Positions 10,161 through 19,676 of a stretch of 64,000 bases of DNA are shown in pieces (position 1 is the first letter of the stretch; each line of letters begins with the position of its first letter). The DNA is from an uncultured Eubacteriales bacterium (GTDB lineage: Bacteria; Bacillota; Clostridia; TANB77; CAG-508). The stretch is taken from the NCBI GenBank assembly GCA_905203305.1, contig CAJKVH010000001.1, positions 79,069-143,068 on the forward strand, in the 5' to 3' direction. The translations under genes and the position numbers were made by a program. The notes beneath the pieces are model-generated. The model saw only the letters and a list, made by a program, of their open reading frames with translations, had not been told where the DNA came from and did no database searches.

Positions 10161-11393
10161 AACGCATCTCTTTTAACATTATATCTCCAAATACTGCATA
10201 GCCTTGTGTAGGATCATTTATTAGTACATTCGTAACTGCTCCGAATGAACTTTCCGTTTTGAATTACAGGGCATCCACTCATTCCCTGTATTATGCCTCC
10301 TGTTTTTCCCAGAAGTTCTTCGTCTTTTACTTTTATTAGCATTGACTTATTATCTGTGTCATTGTTTATAAATATTTTCTCAATTTCGATTTTATATTCC
10401 TTTGGGGTTTGGGAGCTGTCTAAATTACAGTAAATTGTTGCATCTCCTAATGTTATTTCATCTCGTCTTGCTACTTCTATTTCCTTTGATAGATTCGCCT
10501 TTATTGCTGATAAGTTATTTACTGTTCCATATATCCCTAAACTGCTATTTTTATATATTGTTCCTATTGTTTTTTCATCATCAATTGTGCCTTGTATTTT
10601 TCCAGGGCTTCCGCTTTATTCCTTTTACTATTGATATTATTTTTGTTGTTAAAAATTCCCCATTTTGAATTTCTACAAGATCTCCTGTATCTGTATCTGT
10701 TATTCCATGTCCTAATGCTGCAAAATTTCCTGTTGATGGTTCGTAAAATGTTAGTGTTCCTATTCCTGCTGCACTATCTCTTACCCACAAACCAAGTTTA
10801 TAGCTACCATCTACATATTTTACGGGTGTTATTTTACAAGTTTTAGTTTCATTATTTCTTATATATTCTATCTCTAAATTTTTGTCTTTGTTTTTATTTA
10901 CTGTTTGTATTAAATTTTCTGTATCTGTTATCTCCGCTCCATTAATTTTGATAATTCTGTCTCCTTCTTCTATTCCAGAATTTTCATATGGTTTGTATTT
11001 TTTGTTGTCTGATCCTTTTATCTCTCCCATACCCACAACTAATACTCCATTTGTGTATAGTTTTAATCCTGATATTTGCCCTACTGGAATTACTGTTGTT
11101 CTATCGATAATACTAACTGATACTTCTTTTACATTAATCTTATTAAATAATTTGACATTTACTTTTACGTCATCATTTACATTTTCTGCCAAATCTTCTG
11201 CCAAATCTGATGAGGCTAAAACTGAATCACAATTTTTTTCTCCAATTTTTAATGATATTCCTAAAAAATTTCCAAGATTAATATTTTCCCCTGAATATAG
11301 GATTATATTATTTGGTATGCTATCTATTTTACAGCAATATATTAATAGACATAACAAAAAAGCAATAATAAATATTTTTCTGGTTTTCTTCAT
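10159..11393 (-). pseudogene. spoIVB: SpoIVB peptidase (S55 family), disrupted by two +1 frameshifts
   Basis: The N-terminal ORF 10581..11393 carries the PDZ region. The C-terminus GMSGCPVIQNGKFIGAVTNV...GYAVFGDIMLKEMR is recovered by deleting the C at plus-strand ccg 10611-13 and 10241-43. Confidence 0.7.
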
Positions 11394-11444
11394 TTTTTCA
11401 CCTTCAAAATTTATTATTGCTTATTTTTTTAATTTTATGCTTTT

Positions 11445-12455
11445 TTATTTACGTGCTTTTTCATCTAATGAATCTAAGTTGTCTAATGCTTTTCCTGTTC
11501 CTAATGCTACACATGATACTGTGTCTTGAGCTATCATTACATTTATTCCTGTTTTTTCTTGTAAAAGTTTATCTAATCCGTCTATTAAACATCCTCCACC
11601 TGTCATGTATATTCCTTTATCACTTATATCTGCTGCAAGCTCTGGTGGTGTTCTTTCTAATACAGAATGTACGGCATCTACTATCATAAGTGCTGGTTCT
11701 TGCAAAGCTTCTAACATTTCACTAGAATGAATTGTTACTGTTGTTGGAAGTCCTTGTGTTAAGTCTCTTCCTCTTACATCCATTTCAACATCTTGTATTT
11801 TTGGATATACACACCCAACATTTACTTTTAATTCTTCAGCTGTTCTTTCTCCTATTGCTAAATTGTATTTCTTTTTAATGTATTTTGCTACATATTCATC
11901 AAATTTATCTCCTGCTACCTTTATTGATGTACTAACTACAGATCCTCCAAGTGATATAACTGCTATATCTGTTGTTCCTCCACCAATATCTACTACCATA
12001 TTTCCACATGGTTTTGATATATCTATTCCTGCTCCTATTGCCGCTGCAATTGGCTCTTCTATTAAATATACTTTTCTTGCTCCTGCATTTGTTGCTGCAT
12101 CTATTACTGCTTTTTTCTCAACTTCAGTAACTCTTGATGGTATACATATCATTATTCTTGGTGCAAATAATGTTTTTCCACCAACTTTGTTTATGAAGTA
12201 TTTTAACATTTTTTCTGTTACTGTATAGTCTGATATTACTCCTTCTCTTAATGGTCTTGTTGCTACTATATTTCCTGGTGTTCTTCCAAGCATTCTTCTT
12301 GCTTCTTCTCCCACTGCTACAACCTCTCCAGTATTATTATCAACAGCCACTACTGATGGCTCACGTAGTACTATTCCTTTTCCCTTTACATATGCTATAA
12401 CTGTTGCTGTTCCTAGGTCTATTCCTATGTCTTGTCCCCATCCGAATTTAAACAT
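11445..12455 (-). CDS. mreB: Rod-shape-determining protein MreB/Mbl
   Basis: The protein is 336 aa with the actin-like motifs DLGTATV and DIGGGTTD. Confidence 0.8.
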   Translation of the reverse strand: MFKFGWGQDIGIDLGTATVIAYVKGKGIVLREPSVVAVDNNTGEVVAVGEEARRMLGRTPGNIVATRPLREGVISDYTVTEKMLKYFINKVGGKTLFAPRIMICIPSRVTEVEKKAVIDAATNAGARKVYLIEEPIAAAIGAGIDISKPCGNMVVDIGGGTTDIAVISLGGSVVSTSIKVAGDKFDEYVAKYIKKKYNLAIGERTAEELKVNVGCVYPKIQDVEMDVRGRDLTQGLPTTVTIHSSEMLEALQEPALMIVDAVHSVLERTPPELAADISDKGIYMTGGGCLIDGLDKLLQEKTGINVMIAQDTVSCVALGTGKALDNLDSLDEKARK

Positions 12456-12607
12456 TCTATATCCTTCTCCTTTGATTTATATTTGTTACATTATTGTTAC
12501 ATTTTGATTACGATTATATTACATTTTCAGCTTTTTATCAATAGTTTTTAGAAAAAATTTAGAGAATTTAGATTTCTTTTTTCTAAATTCTCCAATTAAA
12601 AATTTAA

Positions 12608-14044
12608 TTAAAAATGTTTACCTTTTTTCCTTGGTTTATTTGTTCTATAGTAATCATCTACTTCGTATTCACTTTTTGTTTCGTCTTGATTTTCTTCTTC
12701 ATCTTGTAATACATTTTTAGGATAAATCTCATTGCTCAAGTTTGTATCTTCTTCTTTTTTAGCTGCTTCTCTATTCACTCTGCTAAAGAAATCATCTTCA
12801 TCATTTAAGTTTATTCTTTCCTGATCTTCCTCATCGTATTCATATTTTTCATCATCTTCTTTTTTATATCTACGTCTTACAATTATAAATACAATTATAC
12901 CAATTATAATAAGTGCTACAACACCAAGTATTATATATCTTATCTTTTGTGCCTTTTTTTCTGCTTCACTTAATGTAGAATTTAAACCATCAACATCTGC
13001 ACTTGTTTTATTTACTGTAATTTGATATGTAGAATTTTGCTTTGTTTCTTCATTATAAACCAATATTGTTATTGTATTTTCACCATCTGTTAAATTTTCA
13101 TTTCCAACAATATCAACATTTACACTATGGTTTGCACCTTCTGTTTCTATATCTAAACTTGATACATCTCCACTTACATCTACTTTGTATTCATATACAT
13201 CAGGCGAAAATGTTGGATTTAATGTATATCCTTTTATATTTAAACTTTTTAAATCTGAACTTTTATTTTCATTGCTTGCTGATTCCGTAGTTGTGTTTTC
13301 TGTAGCTGTAGAATTTGTTTCATTTTTATTGTCTGATTCAGAATTTCCTTCTTCCCTTGTTACATTTATTGTATATGTTTTTTGTGTTCCATCTTCTGCT
13401 GTTACTACAACATTTAATGTATTTTTACCTACATTTAATTTTTGTGTTCCATTTCCTTTTATACTTGCTTTTTTATCTTGCGCTGTTGCATAAACTGTTA
13501 CTTTTTCTACATCATTTGGTACTGTTACATCATAAGATGTTTTGTTTGTTTTAAATCCTGTAAAGTCATTTGGCTTTATTCCTAAATTACTTAAATTTGT
13601 GTTGTTTGATTTTGTTGATGTTTTTGAATCATTTTGCTTGCTTGTGTCTTGTTTATTATTATTAGATGTACTAGATGATGAATTGCTTGAAACTTTTATA
13701 GTTCCTGCAGTTGCCCCTGTATATGGTGAACTTGTTGATGTATCTGCCATATCTGCTGCTGTTGCTGTAACTTTAACATTTCCTTCTCCATTTATTTTTA
13801 CTGTCACACTTGCTGAACCATCAACAAATATACTACTTTGCGATAAACTTGCATTCCCAGATACACTTAAATTAACTTTTCCAGCTACTCCATTTCCTGA
13901 TACTGTTGCAGTAACAGTATCTCCTACTTTAGCTTGTGAACTTGAAAAATTGATTGTTAAGTTTGCAGCTATAGCTTTTGGTGCAATTGCTATTATTAGT
14001 ACAATTGCTGATATTATACAAAATATACTTTTTCTTAAATTCAT
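12608..14044 (-). CDS. Cell-surface protein with Ig-like (cadherin-like) repeats, a C-terminal TM anchor and an acidic tail
   Basis: The product has a signal peptide, T/S/N-rich repeated beta-sandwich-like segments, a TM segment (IILGVVALIIIGIIVFII) and a D/E-rich C-terminus. Confidence 0.4.
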   Translation of the reverse strand: MNLRKSIFCIISAIVLIIAIAPKAIAANLTINFSSSQAKVGDTVTATVSGNGVAGKVNLSVSGNASLSQSSIFVDGSASVTVKINGEGNVKVTATAADMADTSTSSPYTGATAGTIKVSSNSSSSTSNNNKQDTSKQNDSKTSTKSNNTNLSNLGIKPNDFTGFKTNKTSYDVTVPNDVEKVTVYATAQDKKASIKGNGTQKLNVGKNTLNVVVTAEDGTQKTYTINVTREEGNSESDNKNETNSTATENTTTESASNENKSSDLKSLNIKGYTLNPTFSPDVYEYKVDVSGDVSSLDIETEGANHSVNVDIVGNENLTDGENTITILVYNEETKQNSTYQITVNKTSADVDGLNSTLSEAEKKAQKIRYIILGVVALIIIGIIVFIIVRRRYKKEDDEKYEYDEEDQERINLNDEDDFFSRVNREAAKKEEDTNLSNEIYPKNVLQDEEENQDETKSEYEVDDYYRTNKPRKKGKHF

Positions 14045-14071
14045 TTTTCTTCTCCTTTTGTTTTTCTATTA

Positions 14072-15652
14072 TTAAAATGATGTTATTGTTCCCATAATAT
14101 AATTTTTTACCATAACATAGTCACTTGCTGTTATCTTTCCATCATTATTTACATCTGCCGCCTTTTTTGCATTATCATCTAGTGATGTTGTCCCCATAAT
14201 TTGATTTTTTATTAAAACATAATCACTTGCTGTTATTTTTCCATCTGTGTTTACATCACCTTTTTTTACATCTTGCGAATTATTATTACTGCTATTATTA
14301 TTGTTATTTCCATTATCATTTGAAGAATTATTGCTATCTGAATGACTTCCATCTCCTCCAACAGAAATTAAATATTCTTTATACTTGCTTTCATAATCAT
14401 AAGTCGTTCTTGCAACATAACCTACTGTACCATCATTTTTTAGGACTTTATCCCAATATGTACCATTTACTTTTTTTGTTGCCCTTTCTAGTCTTGTTGC
14501 AATTTCTCCAAAATACAAAGAACCTATTGTTGAACCAGATCCCTCTTTACTTCTAATTCTTATACTTGGGTTTGCATTTATTTTTACTAAATCCGCTTCT
14601 ACAGCTTTACTTGAACTTGTTGTTGATGGTCTTGATGCTGTATTTGAAGGCATATTTTCATAAACTGGTATTATAAATGTATATTTATTGTCTGTTGCGT
14701 TTATGCTACTAAATGTTTTTCTTAATGTTGTTCCTTCATTTTGTGCTGCTAAAATATTTTGCATATATTGATGAGTATACATTTTTCCATCTGAATTTTC
14801 TACATCAAATTTTTGGAAATACATCGTATTTTGTCCTACTGAAATATAGTTTCTTGCAATTATTTCTATTCCACCATCTATTGATTTTTCTAGGCTTGTC
14901 CAGCCTAAGCTTTGAGCTTTTGCTAATCCATTTAGTATTACTTTTTCTTTGCTAGATCCTGATGCTCCTATATTAAATACATTATAAACTCCATAGTACT
15001 TACCATTATAACCTTGTCCTTTTGTTAATACTGTTCCATTTTTTCCTTGTTCTTGTATAATTCTAGCTGCTATGTAATATGGATTAACATTATGTTTTTT
15101 ACTTGCATTCATTATTTCATTTATACATGAATCATTATCTAAAAAGCTTCCACTTAACATTTGTTTTACTGTATCTTTTGAGTAATTGCTTTCATTTCCA
15201 TATGATAATTCTAAAAATTGAAATATATCTTGAGAATTAAGTGATGCCTTTGGATCCATCATATATCTTAATGCTGATTCTGATGCACATTTCCAACTTC
15301 CTGAATCATACGCTTTATCTCTACAATATCCACATATCCATTCACCTCTATAAGAAGTACTATCTGGTACTAAATTTTTTGGTGATTTTCCATGACCTGT
15401 ATATTCGTATGTTATTGCCTCATTCCAATCTATTCCTGTGTATAAAATTTTAAAGTTCCAATTTGGATGTTCTCTTTTTAATGCTTCTATTTTCTCTTTT
15501 ATTCCTGGATATTTTGAACTGTTTATTGAATTAATGTCTTCACTTACTTTTTGACTAGTTGCATTTACATTAAAATTAAATGAACTTAATGTTATACTTA
15601 TTAATATATTTATTATGACTAAAATTGATATTACTTTTATATTTTTCTTCAT
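14072..15652 (-). CDS. Secreted N-acetylglucosaminidase-family (GH73-like) cell-wall hydrolase with an SH3-like domain and tandem type I dockerin repeats
   Basis: The product has a signal peptide, a glucosaminidase-like motif (YYIAARIIQEQG) and a C-terminal duplicated segment DVNTDGKITASDYVLIKN / DVNNDGKITASDYVMVKN. Confidence 0.5.
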   Translation of the reverse strand: MKKNIKVISILVIINILISITLSSFNFNVNATSQKVSEDINSINSSKYPGIKEKIEALKREHPNWNFKILYTGIDWNEAITYEYTGHGKSPKNLVPDSTSYRGEWICGYCRDKAYDSGSWKCASESALRYMMDPKASLNSQDIFQFLELSYGNESNYSKDTVKQMLSGSFLDNDSCINEIMNASKKHNVNPYYIAARIIQEQGKNGTVLTKGQGYNGKYYGVYNVFNIGASGSSKEKVILNGLAKAQSLGWTSLEKSIDGGIEIIARNYISVGQNTMYFQKFDVENSDGKMYTHQYMQNILAAQNEGTTLRKTFSSINATDNKYTFIIPVYENMPSNTASRPSTTSSSKAVEADLVKINANPSIRIRSKEGSGSTIGSLYFGEIATRLERATKKVNGTYWDKVLKNDGTVGYVARTTYDYESKYKEYLISVGGDGSHSDSNNSSNDNGNNNNNSSNNNSQDVKKGDVNTDGKITASDYVLIKNQIMGTTSLDDNAKKAADVNNDGKITASDYVMVKNYIMGTITSF

Positions 15653-15815
15653 ATTTTCGTACCTTTCTTTTAGCTATAAAGCTAAATTTTTTCTTTTACT
15701 TCGTTTTTTATTTTTCCATCAATAGTATATCATTTTTGTATTTTATAAGTCAACAAATTTTAACAAAAAAGCCCTTTCTTATTAAACTTTTTGTCTAATA
15801 AGAAAAGACCTTATT

Positions 15816-16082
15816 TTATTTCTTTATTTTTAATAATATTGTTTCTAAATCAATCATTATTTGATTTTCTATTCTTTCGTATCCACATGCCATTGTTGTA
15901 TTTACATGTAATTCTCCATTTGTTGCTATTATATTTATAAATCCTGTTTTATAATCATATTCTAGTGTTGCTTTTTCTAATTTTACTTTTCCATCTATTC
16001 CTTTTTCGAATTCAAGTTCTATATTTTTATCTCTAAAATCTTCTAACATTTTATTTAATTCGTTTTCTCTGAATTTTGTCAT
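15816..16082 (-). CDS. Hypothetical small protein
   Basis: This is an 88-aa ORF followed by a hairpin at about 15770-15800. Confidence 0.3.
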   Translation of the reverse strand: MTKFRENELNKMLEDFRDKNIELEFEKGIDGKVKLEKATLEYDYKTGFINIIATNGELHVNTTMACGYERIENQIMIDLETILLKIKK

Positions 16083-16335
16083 ACCTTTTTTTCCTCTCTT
16101 TCTGTTTTATTATTATCATTTTGAAAATTTTATATTCATGCTAACTTAATAAGCTTTTAACTTCTTACCATAAATATTATTTAAACATCACCTCGAATCG
16201 CGAATTTTTGATTTTAGATTTCTTGAATAAATTTTTTTGATATAACTACTAATAATAGTAGCATATTCCCACTGCAAAATCCAGTAATTTTGAAAATAAA
16301 TAAAAAAAAGATCGCATAAGATACGACCTTTTTAC

Positions 16336-17751
16336 CTAAATATTTTTTATATTTCTTTTTTTGAACACTAAAATTGTTGGAATTAGCATTATTATAAAGT
16401 ATAGCAAACATATCGCGATTGAAAATGGTACATTTAATCCTTTCATTAATGGAAGTTTTCCGTACAAAAATTGTGTAAAATCCCAATTTGGTGTTACAAA
16501 GAATTTTAGCCATTTTACTTCATAATAACTTGCAATTTGGTTTATTATACTTGATGCCATATATCCCATAAGTGTAATTGTTATTGCAACTGCTGTATTA
16601 TTAAATAATGTACTTAATGCAAATGCAAGTGTTGCCATTAGTATATAAATTGGAAGCTTTCCTAGACCTATAATTAAAATATATTTTGCTATACTCATTT
16701 CCATTATCTTTCCAGTTGTATAATTATATACAACTGCTGGGATAGAAATAGAGTCAAATCCAAAGAATATTCCTCCAACTATAAACTGTAAAACAACTGT
16801 TATTATCATTGTAAATATTACTGTAATCATAACAGTAATGAATTTTGCTGCTAATATTTTTATTCTGCTATATGGTCTTACCAATAACAATTTTATTGTT
16901 CCTTTATTAAATTCATCACTTACAATTGCTCCACCTATTAATACAATTGTTATTATTATAAATAGTTCATATTTTGAAAATACATTTAACAAAAATGCTC
17001 TTGAGTTTGATGTATTAAATATGTCTTTATTGTTTTCTATGACATATCTATCTTTTTCAGCTATTTCCTTAGATTTTTGATATTGCAACTCTTCTTCATA
17101 AGTTTTATTATTTGTTTTTTCTAATTCATTTATTGTTATTTTGCTTTGCTCATATTCTAATAAAGCATTATTTTTGAAATTGTTTCCATATTCAACATTA
17201 TATTTTAATCTCATCTCTAAAACTTCTATTTGAAAATCCTGAGATTTGTCCTCTTGCCCCATCTCTTTTAATATTTCTTTATTTTGTTTTAAAGAGTCTA
17301 ATTCTTCTTGTGCAAATACTTTCCAATCATTTGTTTTTAATTTTTCTTGGAATTTATTTAATTCTTCTTTTGATTTTTCTAATGCATCATTATCTTTATT
17401 TTTGTATGTATATTCATTTATTTCTGATATATATTCTTTTCCCTTTTCTTGTATTAAAGCATATTGCCAAGAGTCTTTGTCATATTGTTTCATTAATTCA
17501 TATGTTTCTATATCTGTTTTATCACTTACATATATATCTACGTCTTCAGAACTTTCTGGATCTAAGTTTTTTAATTCTTCTTTTATTATATTTATATATT
17601 CTTCTGTGTAATAATTTGAATTTACAGATGTATATACATATTTACTCATTACATTTGATAGAACAATATAAGCTAAAATTACTATAAGAATTATGTAAAA
17701 GCTTTTCTTTTTTACAATTTTTATAATCTCATTTTTTACTAAATTATTCAA
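16336..17751 (-). CDS. ABC-2 type transporter permease with a large extracytoplasmic coiled-coil domain
   Basis: The product has an N-terminal TM helix, a long E/K-rich domain and about five C-terminal TM helices. It overlaps the ATPase gene by 8 nt. Confidence 0.55.
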   Translation of the reverse strand: MNNLVKNEIIKIVKKKSFYIILIVILAYIVLSNVMSKYVYTSVNSNYYTEEYINIIKEELKNLDPESSEDVDIYVSDKTDIETYELMKQYDKDSWQYALIQEKGKEYISEINEYTYKNKDNDALEKSKEELNKFQEKLKTNDWKVFAQEELDSLKQNKEILKEMGQEDKSQDFQIEVLEMRLKYNVEYGNNFKNNALLEYEQSKITINELEKTNNKTYEEELQYQKSKEIAEKDRYVIENNKDIFNTSNSRAFLLNVFSKYELFIIITIVLIGGAIVSDEFNKGTIKLLLVRPYSRIKILAAKFITVMITVIFTMIITVVLQFIVGGIFFGFDSISIPAVVYNYTTGKIMEMSIAKYILIIGLGKLPIYILMATLAFALSTLFNNTAVAITITLMGYMASSIINQIASYYEVKWLKFFVTPNWDFTQFLYGKLPLMKGLNVPFSIAICLLYFIIMLIPTILVFKKRNIKNI

Positions 17752-18667
17752 TTACATTCCCCCCTGTCTTTTTCAAAAACGCATCTTCTAAACTTAAAAT
17801 TTCTTCATTTACCATATATACTTTTTTATTTGATTTTACTAAATTTTCTACTATTTCAGGTATCTCTTCTTTTTTAGCTTGTATTCTAAATTTTAAATCT
17901 CCTATTTTCTCTATAGCTTTTTTTGTTATTTTTTCTATGTCTTCTAAATTGTCTACTTCGATAATATATGATTGTTCTACTTTTTTTACTTCTTTTATTG
18001 AACTAGTTTCTACAATTGTTCCATTTTTTATGATTGTTACTTTATTGCAAAAACTCTCTAGCTCTGATAAATTATGACTTGATATTACTATTGCCATTTT
18101 TTCTTTTTGGGCTAAATCTTTTATTAATTCTCTTAATTCTTTTATTCCTTCCGGATCTAACCCATTTGTTGGTTCATCTAAAATTAATAAGTTTGGCTTA
18201 TGTAATAAAGCTTGTGCTATTCCTAGTCTTTGCCTCATTCCTAATGAATATTTTGATACTTTGTCATTTATTCTTTGCTCTAATTTTACAAGTTTTACCA
18301 CTTCATCTATTCTTTTTTGGTCTACTTCTTTATACATGTTTTTTATTAATTTTAAGTTTTCATATCCACTTAAATACATGTATAAGTCTGGATTTTCTAC
18401 TATTGCTCCTACTTTTTCTATTGCTTTTTCGAAGTTTTTTTGTATGTCATATCCGTTTATTTCTACTTTTCCACTATCTATGCTTTGTAGTCCTAGTATT
18501 AATTTTATTGTTGTTGTTTTTCCCGCTCCATTTGGTCCTATAAATCCTAATATATCGCCTTTGTTTACTTCAAGTGATACTTTGTTTAGTATTGTTTTTT
18601 TGCCAAAATTTTTGCATAGTTCTTCACATTTTAAAATTACTTCACTCATTTTTCCCCTTCCTTTCAT
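17744..18667 (-). CDS. ABC transporter ATP-binding protein
   Basis: The protein carries Walker A GPNGAGKTT, the ABC signature LSLGMRQR and Walker B LLILDEP. Confidence 0.8.
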   Translation of the reverse strand: MKGRGKMSEVILKCEELCKNFGKKTILNKVSLEVNKGDILGFIGPNGAGKTTTIKLILGLQSIDSGKVEINGYDIQKNFEKAIEKVGAIVENPDLYMYLSGYENLKLIKNMYKEVDQKRIDEVVKLVKLEQRINDKVSKYSLGMRQRLGIAQALLHKPNLLILDEPTNGLDPEGIKELRELIKDLAQKEKMAIVISSHNLSELESFCNKVTIIKNGTIVETSSIKEVKKVEQSYIIEVDNLEDIEKITKKAIEKIGDLKFRIQAKKEEIPEIVENLVKSNKKVYMVNEEILSLEDAFLKKTGGNVIE

Positions 18668-18747
18668 ATTCTTAGTATACTCTATTTGATCTTTTTGTCA
18701 ATGAAATTAATAATTTCTTTAGATTTTAACGTTACTGTTGACTAAAA

Positions 18748-19131
18748 TTAGATTGTGACTTTAAATTTTTCATATTCACTATATAGACTAAGTGTACTTG
18801 AATTTTTTATTTCCATTTTAGGTATTAAATACATCTCTTTTTCTTTTGTTAATATAAAAATCAATTCTACATCTGTATTTTTTATTGTTTTATACGTTTT
18901 CCCACTTGTTCCTCCGCAGCTTTTTAACGCTACCTGATAATTTCCACCTTTTCCTATACATCCAGTTGATTTTACTTGAACTCTTTGCATAATACCGCTT
19001 CTTTCTACAATTAGATCATAATCTTGTGTGTCATTTAATGGAATTGAAACTGTATAACCATTTGTAGAAAAAAAAGCAATAGCCATACCTAATCCACTGT
19101 TACCTTTTTCTTTATTAGTTCTAAAATTCAT
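18748..19131 (-). CDS. Small PD-(D/E)xK nuclease, Hjc/resolvase-like
   Basis: The 127-aa product has a G-rich N-terminus followed by DYDLIVE...VQVKS, the pattern of Hjc-type PD-(D/E)xK endonucleases. It lies immediately downstream of the intron-containing tRNA. Confidence 0.4.
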   Translation of the reverse strand: MNFRTNKEKGNSGLGMAIAFFSTNGYTVSIPLNDTQDYDLIVERSGIMQRVQVKSTGCIGKGGNYQVALKSCGGTSGKTYKTIKNTDVELIFILTKEKEMYLIPKMEIKNSSTLSLYSEYEKFKVTI

Positions 19132-19149
19132 TTTATCACGTCCTTTATT

Positions 19150-19195
19150 CTTTATTTTAATACAAAAAAAGAGCTCACAAACTCGAAAGCCTGTA
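19150..19195 (-). terminator. Rho-independent terminator downstream of tRNA-Tyr
   Basis: In RNA sense the sequence AGCUUACAGGC...UUUGUGAGCU forms a stem, followed by UCUUUUUUUG. Confidence 0.45.
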
Positions 19196-19211
19196 AGCTA
19201 TTTTCAATATA

Positions 19212-19518
19212 TGGTGGGCAGAGATGGATTCGAACCATCGTACGCTCTCGCGGCCAGATTTCTTACTACTATAGTTTTCACTACCATTTTAAATGTTTGT
19301 AGTCTGGACTTTCTCTTTATCTCTTTTGAGATACCAGGTATAAAGTCTCTACACTCGGAAATTTCTTTCCTAGCTCGGGATTATCATCAGCCTAACCTGT
19401 TAAGACTTCCCCGAATTAGCCTAGTTATCATCATATAATCACTTATATGAGCTGCAAATTTAGGTGTTCGTTACCAAAGACCACAGTCTGGTGCCATTAA
19501 CCACTCGACCACCTGCCC
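19212..19518 (-). tRNA. tRNA-Tyr(GUA) interrupted by a group I intron (exons 19483..19518 and 19212..19261)
   Basis: The acceptor GGGCAGG pairs with TCTGCCC, followed by discriminator A and CCA. The gene has a D-arm, a T-arm GATGGTTCGAATCCATC and a long variable arm CCGCGAGAGCGTAC (class II). The anticodon stem CCAGA/TCTGG is split, and the loop CTGT|AAA gives anticodon GTA. Confidence 0.75.
19262..19482 (-). ncRNA. Group I intron (IC3-like, 221 nt) inside the tRNA-Tyr anticodon
   Basis: The core elements are P AATTCGGGGAAG, Q AATCCCGAGC, R GTGTAGAGACTTTA and S AGAGAAAGTCC. The 5' exon ends in U and the intron ends in G. The core closely resembles the Azoarcus tRNA-Ile intron (GUGUAGAGACU, AAUUCGG.GAA). 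Confidence 0.7.
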
Positions 19519-19546
19519 AAATATGCTTTCCTCAAGCACGTTTTTT

Positions 19547-19575
19547 ATTATAAATGTTAACACGAAATTTGTCAA
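19547..19575 (-). promoter_or_regulatory. Sigma-A-type promoter for tRNA-Tyr (TTGACA, 17 nt, TATAAT)
   Basis: The minus-strand sequence reads TTGACAaatttcgtgttaacattTATAAT, about 30 nt upstream of tRNA position +1. Confidence 0.5.
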
Positions 19576-19676
19576 TACTTTTTTTAAACTTTTTTTAATT
19601 TCTTGAACATATTTTTTAATAAAAAAGAATTAATGACTTTTACCTCATTAATTCCTTTATCTCTTCAAACTTATTT

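Noticed and set aside
16214-16513. 99-aa minus-strand ORF overlapping the 3' end of the ABC permease gene
   Set aside because: It lies in the alternative frame of the permease C-terminus, which explains the whole region better.
19212-19518. 307-nt tRNA-like RNA, considered as tmRNA (smpB lies in this window)
   Set aside because: There is no tag-peptide reading frame ending in an Ala-Ala stop. The RNA has complete D and anticodon arms, and the insert carries group I P, Q, R and S elements.
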